A stretch of 64,000 bases of DNA from an uncultured Pelagibacteraceae bacterium (GTDB lineage: Bacteria; Pseudomonadota; Alphaproteobacteria; Pelagibacterales; Pelagibacteraceae). Each line of letters starts with the position of its first letter. Position 1 is the stretch's first letter. This document shows, in pieces, positions 50,375 through 59,329 of this stretch. The stretch is taken from contig CACMPD010000004.1 of assembly GCA_902615425.1 (NCBI GenBank), positions 9,437 through 73,436 of the forward strand, read 5' to 3'. A program made the translations under genes and the position numbers. The notes below the pieces were generated by a model. It ran no database searches, was not told the origin of the DNA, and was given only the letters and a program-made list of their open reading frames with translations.

Positions 50375-51865
50375 ATGAAGTTATTTTTTATACTGGGCAA
50401 TCAATTATTTCCATCAAAATACCTAGACCGCTTCAAAAAAGACCACCTTTTTTTCATGGCTGAAGATTACGAGCTTTGTACTTATGAAAAACATCATAAA
50501 CAAAAAATTCTTCTATTTTTATCATCAATGCGATCTCACGCAGATGTACTTAAAAAAGATAAATTTAAAATAGAATACTCAAAAATAGAGGATAAAGAAT
50601 TTAAGGAAAGTTATTTTAAAAAGCTTAAAAAATTAATTAGCACAAAAAAGATTAAGGAAATATCCAGTTTTGAAGTTGAGGATAAGTTTTTTGAAAAAAA
50701 AATTAATCAATTTGTTAATAAAGAAAAAATAAAATGGAATATTATCCAGACGCCAATGTTTTTAAATTCAAGAGAGGATTTTAAAAAATATTTATCTAAA
50801 TCTAAAAAACCATTTATGGCAACTTTTTACAAAGATGTCAGAAAAAAATCTGGAATATTAATGGGTGCTGATGGGAATCCTACAGGAGGTAAGTGGAGTT
50901 TTGATGAGGATAATAGAAATAAATTACCAAAAAATATTTCAATCCCAAAATTTCCAAAAATAAATGAAACTTCTCATACTAAAAAGCTAAAACCTATTGT
51001 TGAAAAGCTATTTAAGGATCATCCTGGCAGTACCAAAAATTTCTGGTTTGCTACAGAACACAATGATGTTTTGAAGCTTTTAAATTTTTTCATTAAAGAA
51101 AAATCAAATTTATTTGGTGATTACGAGGATGCAGTTGATCAAAAAGATAATATTTTGTTTCATAGTGCACTAAGTCCATATGTAAATTTAGGTCTTATAA
51201 CTCCAGAATTTATAATTAAAAAAATTTTAGAATTTCATAAAAGTAAAAAAATAAGACTAAATTCTTTAGAGGGATACGTTCGTCAAATAATTGGTTGGAG
51301 AGAATTTATGAGAGGAATTTATCAAAGTTATTCTAGTGAAATGGAGACAGGAAATTTTTTTAAACAAAATCGTAAGATGAAAAAATCCTGGTATGACGGC
51401 ACTACTGGATTACCACCATTGGATTATGCAATAAAGAACGCATTAAATTATGGATGGTCTCATCATATTGAAAGACTTATGATTTTATCAAACATAATGA
51501 ACCTTTGTGAGATCAAACCCACTATTGTTTACAAGTGGTTTATGGAAATGTTTGTGGACTCCTCAGATTGGGTGATGGTTCCAAATGTTTATGGAATGGG
51601 ATTGTTTAGTGATGGTGGAATATTTGCAACTAAACCATACATTTGTGGATCAAGTTATTTTATGAAGATGATGGATTTTAAGAGGGGTGATTGGTGCAAT
51701 ATAATGGATGGGCTTTATTGGAGATTTATAGATCGAAATAGAAGGTTTTTTTTTAAAAATCCAAGGCTTTCAATGATGGTGAGAATTTTCGATAAGATGA
51801 AAACTGATAGAAAAAAATTGATTTTGTCAGCTGCAGATAAATTCATTAAAGAAAATACAATTTAG
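50375..51865 (+). CDS. Bacterial (6-4) photolyase / cryptochrome of the FeS-BCP (PhrB/CryB) class
   Basis: [75 protein letters not shown]. Confidence 0.9.
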   Translation: MKLFFILGNQLFPSKYLDRFKKDHLFFMAEDYELCTYEKHHKQKILLFLSSMRSHADVLKKDKFKIEYSKIEDKEFKESYFKKLKKLISTKKIKEISSFEVEDKFFEKKINQFVNKEKIKWNIIQTPMFLNSREDFKKYLSKSKKPFMATFYKDVRKKSGILMGADGNPTGGKWSFDEDNRNKLPKNISIPKFPKINETSHTKKLKPIVEKLFKDHPGSTKNFWFATEHNDVLKLLNFFIKEKSNLFGDYEDAVDQKDNILFHSALSPYVNLGLITPEFIIKKILEFHKSKKIRLNSLEGYVRQIIGWREFMRGIYQSYSSEMETGNFFKQNRKMKKSWYDGTTGLPPLDYAIKNALNYGWSHHIERLMILSNIMNLCEIKPTIVYKWFMEMFVDSSDWVMVPNVYGMGLFSDGGIFATKPYICGSSYFMKMMDFKRGDWCNIMDGLYWRFIDRNRRFFFKNPRLSMMVRIFDKMKTDRKKLILSAADKFIKENTI

Positions 51866-51993
51866 TGAAAAAAGAAAATTTACCAATTAAAGTTTGTCCA
51901 ATATGTCAAAGGCCATTTAAATGGAGAAAAAAATGGAGACTTAATTGGGAAAAAGTTAAGTATTGTTCAAAAAAATGTTCATCAAAAAAATAA
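51865..51993 (+). CDS. DUF2256 family small Cys-rich protein, 42 aa (absent from ORF track)
   Basis: GTG start overlapping the photolyase stop; [42 protein letters not shown]. Confidence 0.88.
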   Translation: MKKENLPIKVCPICQRPFKWRKKWRLNWEKVKYCSKKCSSKK

Positions 51994-52002
51994 AAAACTT
52001 TT

Positions 52003-52224
52003 ATGAATAATAAAATTTTTGAGTGGGCAGGTGTTATCACTGCAATAATGTACTCATTATTTGTGGCTATGAACATTGGTATAGAGTTTTTTGGTTTTTG
52101 TTTACTACTTATATCTGCAATTCTAATTGGAATTTGGGCTTATCGAGGTGGTCATAGAGGAATATTATTTTTACAATTCTTTTATGCAACAGCCGGGATT
52201 ATTGGCATGTTTAGATGGTTTTAG
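52003..52224 (+). CDS. Small 3-TM membrane protein
   Basis: 73 aa, almost wholly hydrophobic; 9 nt after DUF2256. Confidence 0.7.
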   Translation: MNNKIFEWAGVITAIMYSLFVAMNIGIEFFGFCLLLISAILIGIWAYRGGHRGILFLQFFYATAGIIGMFRWF

Positions 52225-53360
52225 TTAAGTGTTGAAATAATTTTTGGAATATAATTTTTAAAGTTAAAGAAACCTTTATTACAATATTGCCAAGAGTTTT
52301 GATCAAGTTCTCTATAAAGAAAATTGATTTTAAAAGTATTTGAATTCAAATAATCTAAATTTTCTCCAACAGTTGGATACAACCCGACTGCTTTTTCTAT
52401 CTTTTTAATTTCGCTAATATCTATAACTTCACAATCAATAGATTGATTTTTAAATCTTTGTTCCTGGTCTTGAATAAGTGAAGACTTAAATTTTAGAACT
52501 TTTTCACTAAGTTTGATGCATCTATTTTCATTTTTATTCGAAATTATATAAAATTTTTTAAATTTATTATTTTGAAAATCACTTGTTTCAAAACAGAGGT
52601 TATTCTCGAATATTATCAAATTATTTTGATCAATATTTTCTGGATTAATAAAATCCTGATTTAAAATTGAGTATTTCTTTTCAGAAATCTTGGGTGGAGC
52701 GTTTTCATTTAATTTAATATTACTAAATCTATTATTAGTAAATTTTTTGATATTCCACTCACTTGCTAAATAATGTTTTCCCTGTGTTTGAACGCCTGCA
52801 ACCCATCTCCATCCAAGAGTGTTTGATGCAGCGTCTCCATCATAAAGATGTTGCATAAAAAATTCCGCTCCCAATTGCCATGGCAAATTTAGTGTAAAAA
52901 TCCAAATGCTGGCAAACCACATTCTAGTATGATTATGCAAATAATTATTTTCTTTGAGTTCGTTGACCCAATAGTTAAAGCACTCTACTTTTGTTTTTCC
53001 CTCAATCGCGTTTTTATAAGTTTGATTGTTTTGAAAATCTTCTTTAATCTTTTTTAGTTCAATTAAAAAATCTGTCCAAACACTGGGTCTTAATTCTAAC
53101 CAACCTTTCCAATATGTGCGCCACAATACTTCTTGAATAAATTTTTCATTTTTTGCGAATGAAAATTTATTAAGAGATTTTTTGATAACTTCCTTTTCAT
53201 TAATAATTCCGTGAGTAATATATGGAGATAAACAAGAAATATTAGACCTGTTATCAGGTCCGTAATCAAAGTTTCTAAGTTTTGAATACTCTGAGAGATT
53301 GTTTTCCACAAAATAATTTAGTTTGTCTAAGGCCTTAGCCCTTGAAGCTTCAAAATTCAT
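52221..53360 (-). CDS. Short, inverted-domain photolyase (NewPHL/SPL type)
   Basis: FAD-domain motifs begin near the N-terminus (RNFD, SCLSPYITHG, KFIQEVLWRTYWKG, YLHNHTRMWFASIW, DGDAASNTLGWRWVAG); 379 aa. Confidence 0.82.
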   Translation of the reverse strand: MNFEASRAKALDKLNYFVENNLSEYSKLRNFDYGPDNRSNISCLSPYITHGIINEKEVIKKSLNKFSFAKNEKFIQEVLWRTYWKGWLELRPSVWTDFLIELKKIKEDFQNNQTYKNAIEGKTKVECFNYWVNELKENNYLHNHTRMWFASIWIFTLNLPWQLGAEFFMQHLYDGDAASNTLGWRWVAGVQTQGKHYLASEWNIKKFTNNRFSNIKLNENAPPKISEKKYSILNQDFINPENIDQNNLIIFENNLCFETSDFQNNKFKKFYIISNKNENRCIKLSEKVLKFKSSLIQDQEQRFKNQSIDCEVIDISEIKKIEKAVGLYPTVGENLDYLNSNTFKINFLYRELDQNSWQYCNKGFFNFKNYIPKIISTLN

Positions 53361-53366
53361 TTTTAA

Positions 53367-53747
53367 TTATTTCGATTTTTTTTTCTTTAGACCTAATTTA
53401 TCGCTATGTCTTAATCTCAAGATTACAATAGCACCTGCAATTAAAACTATTGCTACCGCCTCATATACTAACGCACTTGGATCCATTTCTTTTCCTTGTA
53501 AAATAATAAATCGTGCTAATGCTGTAATAGCTATAAGTAGTGGTAATGTAATACTTATAGATTGCTGGTTCCAAAAAACTCTTACCATCGCTAGCACTTC
53601 TAAGTAAAGAAACATTAGCAGCAAATCAGCTAAGGTTACTGATCGATTTTCAAACATTTTATAAATCTCTATTCCAACTGCAATTACAGTGCTTACTAGA
53701 ATGATGCACATTAAAAGAAGTTGTAGGTTTTTAGCTATCTTTTCCAT
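53367..53747 (-). CDS. PsiE family membrane protein
   Basis: LADLLLMFLYLEV, LIAITALARFII. Confidence 0.88.
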   Translation of the reverse strand: MEKIAKNLQLLLMCIILVSTVIAVGIEIYKMFENRSVTLADLLLMFLYLEVLAMVRVFWNQQSISITLPLLIAITALARFIILQGKEMDPSALVYEAVAIVLIAGAIVILRLRHSDKLGLKKKKSK

Positions 53748-54205
53748 TATTTATCTTTACTAAATGGTAACCATTTTTCAAATACTGATTTTGAGGAACC
53801 ATCATACGGAATTGAATAAGAATATGGATTTGGACTCGTCAACACTTCAATCCCTTTTGAAAACACGAATATAAAAACAATTACAAAAACGAGCACCATT
53901 ATTTTAAATGGGTCAAAATTTTTTGTTTTAAAAACGCTGGCAGAATTTTCCTCAGCTCTATGAAAATGTTTAAATGTCAAATATACCGCAAATATCAATC
54001 CAATGTGGGCTAAAAAAAGTCCAGTCCAACCAAATACAAAAGTTGTGTATGAGAATACGTACAAACTAAAAACAGTAGTCCAAATAAAACTTAACACCAA
54101 TAAAATTTGTAATCTTACAGTTTTAGGTAATGATCTAAGATCATTTTTGCTATCATCGAACAAAATGTTTGCTGTATCTTTCATCCAATTTTTAAACGAT
54201 TCCAT
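53747..54205 (-). CDS. Hypothetical membrane protein
   Basis: 3 hydrophobic segments; NDLRSLP..RLQILLVLSFIW; TAATG-coupled to PsiE gene. Confidence 0.7.
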   Translation of the reverse strand: MESFKNWMKDTANILFDDSKNDLRSLPKTVRLQILLVLSFIWTTVFSLYVFSYTTFVFGWTGLFLAHIGLIFAVYLTFKHFHRAEENSASVFKTKNFDPFKIMVLVFVIVFIFVFSKGIEVLTSPNPYSYSIPYDGSSKSVFEKWLPFSKDK

Positions 54206-54265
54206 GAATTTAAATTAAGTTTTTTTCAAAAATAAACAATCCCCAATTTGTCACCAAATAATTAG

Positions 54266-55453
54266 CTAGTTTCTTAACTTTTTTTTATTAAAATTTATAA
54301 ATTTCTCTACATTTGATTTAATAAATGATTTATTTTCTTCAAATGAAACTTTTTTCATTGAGTAGGCATTGCTTTTTGTCATTCTTGATTGAATTGTAAT
54401 ATTGCCTTTATAAAGTTTTAGTTTAACAGATCCATTTATTTTATTTTTTTTTAAATCCACAATTTTTTGAAGTTTAAACCTTTCTTTTGAAAACCAATAT
54501 CCATTATAGATCAATTCTGCGTACCTTGGCATTATTGCATCTTTTTTGTGCATTGTTTCTTTATCAAGCGTAACTGACTCAATCGCTCTATGTGCATGGA
54601 TTAACAATGTACCTCCTGGAGTTTCATAAACTCCTCTAGACTTGATGCCTAGGAATCTATTTTCAACAAGATCAACTCTTCCTATTCCATTTTTTCCCGC
54701 CAATTGATTAAGTTTTAATAATAATTTTGCTGGTCCAAATTTTTTTCCATTAAGACCAATGGGGTCACCATTTTTAAAATTAATTGTTACATGAGTAGCT
54801 TTGTTAGGAGCTTTTTCTGGAGAAACAGTTCTTTGAAAAATAAATTCTGGTGCGGAATTTTTTGGATTTTCTAGCAACTTACCTTCAGTTGATGTATGAA
54901 ATAGATTATCATCTACTGAAAAAGGAGATGCACCTTTTTTGTCTTTTGGGATAGGAATATTCCGTTTCTTCGCATAATTAATTAAATCTGATCGAGATTT
55001 TAAATTCCATATTCTCCATGGTGCAATAATTTTTATTTTGGGACCAAAATAATGATAACCAAGCTCAAATCTTATTTGGTCGTTTCCTTTTCCAGTAGCC
55101 CCATGAGATACTGCATATGCTTTGAATTTTTTTGCGACCTTAATTTGATCCTTTGCTATCAGAGGTCTGGCGATTGAGGTTCCTAATAAATAAACACCCT
55201 CATAAATTGCATGACCACGGATCATTGGAAATACATAGTCTTTAACAAAAATATCTTTTAAATCATTTATAATTATTTTTGTGACACCAAATTTTCTTGC
55301 ATTGGAAAAAATTTTTTTTCTATTTATTTCTTGTCCGATATCTGCGGTGTAACAAATTACTTCTGCATCATAATTTTCTTGAAGCCATTTAAGAATAATA
55401 GATGTGTCCAAACCGCCTGAGTAAGCTAATACAATTCTTTTTTTTGATTTCAT
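54266..55453 (-). CDS. argG: Argininosuccinate synthase
   Basis: LAYSGGLDTS, GTSIARP, HGATGKGNDQ, ENRFLGIKSRGVYETPG. Confidence 0.98.
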   Translation of the reverse strand: MKSKKRIVLAYSGGLDTSIILKWLQENYDAEVICYTADIGQEINRKKIFSNARKFGVTKIIINDLKDIFVKDYVFPMIRGHAIYEGVYLLGTSIARPLIAKDQIKVAKKFKAYAVSHGATGKGNDQIRFELGYHYFGPKIKIIAPWRIWNLKSRSDLINYAKKRNIPIPKDKKGASPFSVDDNLFHTSTEGKLLENPKNSAPEFIFQRTVSPEKAPNKATHVTINFKNGDPIGLNGKKFGPAKLLLKLNQLAGKNGIGRVDLVENRFLGIKSRGVYETPGGTLLIHAHRAIESVTLDKETMHKKDAIMPRYAELIYNGYWFSKERFKLQKIVDLKKNKINGSVKLKLYKGNITIQSRMTKSNAYSMKKVSFEENKSFIKSNVEKFINFNKKKLRN

Positions 55454-55456
55454 TAA

Positions 55457-55969
55457 CTAGCTACAAGCTTTTTTTGCAGTGTTATATGCTTTAGTGAATC
55501 CCAATAATGAATAATGATCGATTGTTTGAGAGCCTTTTTCATTGTATCCAGTTACCATTATTCTTGAACCTTTTTTCATAATCTTGACCATAATCTTTTC
55601 TTTTTTATTACTAGTCATCCATGCAAAACCTTGTTGCTTAATATCAAATTTAAATTTGTTATTTCCAGAGGTTGCTAATACAGTATTATTTTTATTAAAT
55701 TCATAACCAGCAGTAGTACTGATTTCATTTGCAATTTTTTCACCAGGTCTAAATGTTACAAATAATCTAGCATCTCTTTTATTTGTTTTAGGAGATTGCA
55801 GAATTGGAGAAGACTGAGCGAAACATACTTTACCAGATGCTTCTGCTAAAACCATTGTTTCCCAGTCTTTATATTTACCAATTTTTTTTAGATCTTCTCC
55901 AAAAGATTTTGATGTGAATAAAAAAGTAAAAAGTGTAAATATGAATAAAATCTTTTTAATCATGGACAT
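55457..55969 (-). CDS. Invasion-associated locus B (IalB)-like exported protein
   Basis: Signal peptide, YKDW, CFAQS, MKKG, YSLLGFTKA, terminal Cys. Confidence 0.75.
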   Translation of the reverse strand: MSMIKKILFIFTLFTFLFTSKSFGEDLKKIGKYKDWETMVLAEASGKVCFAQSSPILQSPKTNKRDARLFVTFRPGEKIANEISTTAGYEFNKNNTVLATSGNNKFKFDIKQQGFAWMTSNKKEKIMVKIMKKGSRIMVTGYNEKGSQTIDHYSLLGFTKAYNTAKKACS

Positions 55970-57000
55970 GGGTTTGGGAACATTTTTTGAATTTTATTAA
56001 TCTCATTTAAAATTTCGCTTGTTAAACTTACATTTACACTTTCTATGTTTGTTTTCAACTGCTCGATTGTCGTTGCACCTATTATCACACTTGTCATAAA
56101 TGGCTGAATTTCACAAAACTTTAATGACATTTGAGTAAAATCAATATTGAATTTTTGCGATAACTTAAAATACTCTTCGATAGCTTTTTGACCATTTTCA
56201 TTTTTATATCTTGTGAAATCTTTAAATAGTTTCATTCTAGATTTTTCTGGTAAATTATTATTTCTATATTTTCCTGTTAAGTATCCGAATGCTAAAGGCG
56301 AGTAGGCTAGCAAACCACTTTTCTCCCTAACAGAAATTTCCGCAAGTCCAACTTCATAAGTTCTATTAAGTAAATTGTATGGATTTTGCACCGACATCAT
56401 TTTTGGTAAATCTTTTAATTTTGATATCTCAAGAAATTTTGACAAACCCCATGCAGTTTCATTAGATAGACCAATGTATCTAATTTTACCTTGTTCAATA
56501 AATTTTTTTAAACTTTCAAGAATTTCTTCAAACGGTGTCCAATCATTATCGTTTTCGTCATGTTCATAACCATGTTTTCCAAAAAAATTTGTATTTCTCT
56601 CTGGCCAATGAAGTTGATAGAGATCGATATAGTCTGTTTTCAATCTTTTGAGACTTTCCTCTAAAGCTTCAGAAATTTTTTTTTTCCCAAAATTATAACC
56701 ACCACCCCTGATATATTTGTTTGAAGTATTACCACAAACTTTTGTTGCTATAACAACCTTGTCTCTTTTTTTAGTTTTTTGAAACCAGTTACCGATTATT
56801 CTCTCTGTTTCCCCATATGTTTCTTCTCTCATCGGTATGGAATAGATTTCTGCAGTGTCCCAAAAGTTTACACCATGATCTAAAGCATAATCCATTTGCT
56901 GAAATCCCTCTTCTTGAGTATTTTGTTCGCCCCAGGTCATAGTACCGAGACAAATTGTACTCACATCTAGATCTGTATTGCCTAATTTTTTATAATTCAT
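55960..57000 (-). CDS. Aldo/keto reductase, Tas-like
   Basis: LGTMTWGEQN, DTAEIY, DYIDLYQLHWP, GLSNET, QNPYNLLNR, AYSPL, PNPCP. Confidence 0.93.
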   Translation of the reverse strand: MNYKKLGNTDLDVSTICLGTMTWGEQNTQEEGFQQMDYALDHGVNFWDTAEIYSIPMREETYGETERIIGNWFQKTKKRDKVVIATKVCGNTSNKYIRGGGYNFGKKKISEALEESLKRLKTDYIDLYQLHWPERNTNFFGKHGYEHDENDNDWTPFEEILESLKKFIEQGKIRYIGLSNETAWGLSKFLEISKLKDLPKMMSVQNPYNLLNRTYEVGLAEISVREKSGLLAYSPLAFGYLTGKYRNNNLPEKSRMKLFKDFTRYKNENGQKAIEEYFKLSQKFNIDFTQMSLKFCEIQPFMTSVIIGATTIEQLKTNIESVNVSLTSEILNEINKIQKMFPNPCP

Positions 57001-57083
57001 AGTGATTTTTTAAAGTATAATTTTTTATTAATCTTTTAAGGTATCTTGAATATTTAGTAAAAGACTATATATCTATAGAAACT

Positions 57084-57848
57084 ATGGCAACAGACAAAAA
57101 AGGTATTCTAGCAAGAGCGAGAGCAGCAGCACGTGAAACCACAGCTGTTACTGATGAGGGCTTAAGAGCCTACATGTTAAAAGTTTATAACTACATGGCG
57201 ACTGGAATATTGCTTACAGGAATTATAGCGTTGATAACATTTAAGATGTCAGTCGTTACTGATGCAAGTGGTTCTATTGTAGCTTTAACCGAGGTTGGAA
57301 ATGCAATTTATTTATCAGGACTTAAGTGGATAGTAATGTTAGCTCCTTTGGGTGTTGTGTTTTATATGAGTTTTGGGATCAACAAAATGAGTGCATCAAA
57401 AGCTCAGACAACTTTTTGGATTTTTGCTGCTTTAATGGGTTTATCACTATCTTCAATTTTATTAGTTTACACAGGTTTAAGTGTAACAAGAGTATTTTTT
57501 ATTTGTTCAGCTACTTTTGGTGCTATGAGCATTTATGGTTATACAACAAAGAGAGATTTAACTAAGTTCGGATCATTTTTGATGATGGGACTAATAGGAA
57601 TTATTATTGCATCATTAGTTAATATTTTTCTAAAATCTTCAATGATGTATTTCGTGATTTCAATTTTAGGAGTTTTAATTTTTGTAGGCCTTACTGCTTA
57701 TGATACTCAAAAAATAAAAAACATGTACTCTGCTAGTGATACTGGCGAGTTAATGGGTAAAAAAGCGGTAATGGGTGCTCTGACTCTTTATTTAGATTTC
57801 ATTAACCTATTTATTATGCTCTTAAGACTTTTCGGCCAAAGAAGATAA
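57084..57848 (+). CDS. Bax inhibitor-1/YccA family membrane protein
   Basis: GLRAYMLKVYNYM, GYTTKRDL, LTAYDTQKIK, GALTLYLDFINLF. Confidence 0.95.
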   Translation: MATDKKGILARARAAARETTAVTDEGLRAYMLKVYNYMATGILLTGIIALITFKMSVVTDASGSIVALTEVGNAIYLSGLKWIVMLAPLGVVFYMSFGINKMSASKAQTTFWIFAALMGLSLSSILLVYTGLSVTRVFFICSATFGAMSIYGYTTKRDLTKFGSFLMMGLIGIIIASLVNIFLKSSMMYFVISILGVLIFVGLTAYDTQKIKNMYSASDTGELMGKKAVMGALTLYLDFINLFIMLLRLFGQRR

Positions 57849-57855
57849 TTTTATT

Positions 57856-58197
57856 TTAAAGTTTTTTCCAATTAGTATTTTTTAACAACAAATTAAGTTC
57901 TGAGGAATTCCTTAGTATTTTACCATTGGTATCCGTAATTAAATATTTTAAATTTTTATTTTTTGGCTTAAAGTTTTTGCAAATTTTATAAATAGCATTT
58001 TCAGCTGCATTTTTAAAAACACTAAATCCTACCTGTTTGCTTGAAATATTAAGACCGTAATCTTTCCAAGAACCCTCTGAAACCATTTTTGCATATAAAT
58101 CTAATATTATTTTAAGCTCATTTTTTTCAAAAAAATGATTTTCATTAAATTTTTTTTTATCAAGATTATTAACAACCAGTCTTAAATTATTCTTCAT
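57856..58197 (-). CDS. DUF2794 family protein
   Basis: FEKNELKIILDLYAKMVSEGSWKDY, FSVFK. Confidence 0.8.
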   Translation of the reverse strand: MKNNLRLVVNNLDKKKFNENHFFEKNELKIILDLYAKMVSEGSWKDYGLNISSKQVGFSVFKNAAENAIYKICKNFKPKNKNLKYLITDTNGKILRNSSELNLLLKNTNWKKL

Positions 58198-58741
58198 GAG
58201 TTTTATATTTATTTATTAAACCGATTTGAAAGGCTGTAAAAATGAAAGTTATTGGAAGTAAACCCCAAACTTTAAAGTTGACCCAAAATTCCTCAGATTG
58301 TGTTCTCCAAACTAATTCATTTAAAATAGCAAGTCCAAAGAAAAAGTATATCCATCTTTTACTTAACAATTCCCAACCTTCGTTTGTAAGCGGTATTGAT
58401 TTTCCCATTAATTTTTTTAACACAGGTTCATTTGTAAAATACCTCCCAAATATTAAAGCCAGACCAAATAAAATATTAATGATTGTTGGCTTGATGTAAA
58501 TAAAAACTGGGTTATCAAAATAAATTGTAAGGCCACCAAAAAAAGTAATTAATATTCCACTCAACAAAGGAACTTTGGGTATTTTTTTTTCTAAAAACCA
58601 AACAATCGCTAATGCTATAATTGTCGCAATTATAAATGGTGGAATGGCTACTCTTAAATCTTTTCCACTATCGTAATAGTAGTAAAAAAAAATTACTAAA
58701 GGTCCAAAATCAGTAAGAAACTTTAAAAAAGATTTATTCAC
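58187..58741 (-). CDS. yciB: Intracellular septation protein A (YciB/IspZ)
   Basis: DFGPL, FGGLT, KPTI, WVNFKVWG. Confidence 0.93.
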   Translation of the reverse strand: MNKSFLKFLTDFGPLVIFFYYYYDSGKDLRVAIPPFIIATIIALAIVWFLEKKIPKVPLLSGILITFFGGLTIYFDNPVFIYIKPTIINILFGLALIFGRYFTNEPVLKKLMGKSIPLTNEGWELLSKRWIYFFFGLAILNELVWRTQSEEFWVNFKVWGLLPITFIFTAFQIGLINKYKTHEE

Positions 58742-58793
58742 TGGAAGAATATTAACATAAATAATATTTTCACAAAAACTATAAATTTTTCTT

Positions 58794-58821
58794 ATTGATT
58801 TTTATTTTTAAATACCCATAC
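58794..58821 (+). promoter_or_regulatory. Candidate RpoH promoter of hspQ
   Basis: ATTGAT-N15-CCCATAC, 8 nt before the ATG of a heat-shock gene. Confidence 0.5.
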
Positions 58822-58829
58822 TAATCTTA

Positions 58830-59150
58830 ATGGCAATTCAAAAAGCTAAATTTTCAATAGGCGATATCGTAAAACACAAACACTTTGAGTTTAGAGGTGT
58901 GATTTATGATGTAGATTTTGAGTTTAATAATTCTGAAGAATGGTATCAATCTATCCCTAAGAATGTTAGACCAAGAAAAGATCAACCATTCTATCATTTG
59001 TTAGCTGAAAATGATGAAATAACTTATGAAGCCTACGTGTCAGAGCAAAATTTATTGACCGATGACTCTGATGAGCCAATCAAACATCCATTAATTGAGG
59101 AAATTTTCTCAGGTAAAAAAGGTTCAAGCTATTTTAAGCCGTCAAATTAA
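58830..59150 (+). CDS. hspQ: Heat shock protein HspQ (YccV-like)
   Basis: AKFSIGDIVKH, RGVIYDVD, RPRKDQPFYHLLAEN, YVSEQNL. Confidence 0.95.
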   Translation: MAIQKAKFSIGDIVKHKHFEFRGVIYDVDFEFNNSEEWYQSIPKNVRPRKDQPFYHLLAENDEITYEAYVSEQNLLTDDSDEPIKHPLIEEIFSGKKGSSYFKPSN

Positions 59151-59193
59151 GTAAATTCACTTTTTAAACACATTTAGCTCAAATCTTTGTCAC

Positions 59194-59303
59194 AGGGCAT
59201 TGTTAAGTTTAATTAATTCTGATCAAGAGTGTTAAATTTTACCCTTCGTTATTATCTCCCTCTACATTCTTGATCAGATAATTATTTCGTACTAAATAAC
59301 CCT
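59194..59303 (+). ncRNA. Candidate structured RNA (long hairpin with pyrimidine-rich loop)
   Basis: 15-bp stem 59218-59232 / 59264-59278 (14 WC pairs plus 1 G-U on + strand), 31-nt loop with CCCUU and CUCCCU, imperfect outer pairing to AGGG/CCCU. Confidence 0.5.
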
Positions 59304-59329
59304 AATATTTATTTTAAAAATAAAATTTT

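Noticed and set aside
2360-58499. Many 60-165 aa ORFs antisense to or out of frame within known genes (e.g. 2360-2605, 16301-16546, 24247-24744, 37043-37357, 39000-39398, 42910-43218, 53323-53607)
   Set aside because: Shadow ORFs overlapping well-supported genes, with Ser/Ile/Phe-rich antisense composition and no motifs
59233-59275. Minus-strand GGGAGA...CGAAGG resembling a glycine riboswitch
   Set aside because: Lacks the P2/P3 stems and the CUCUCAGG element, no suitable downstream gene on that strand, and the G-U pair favours the + strand
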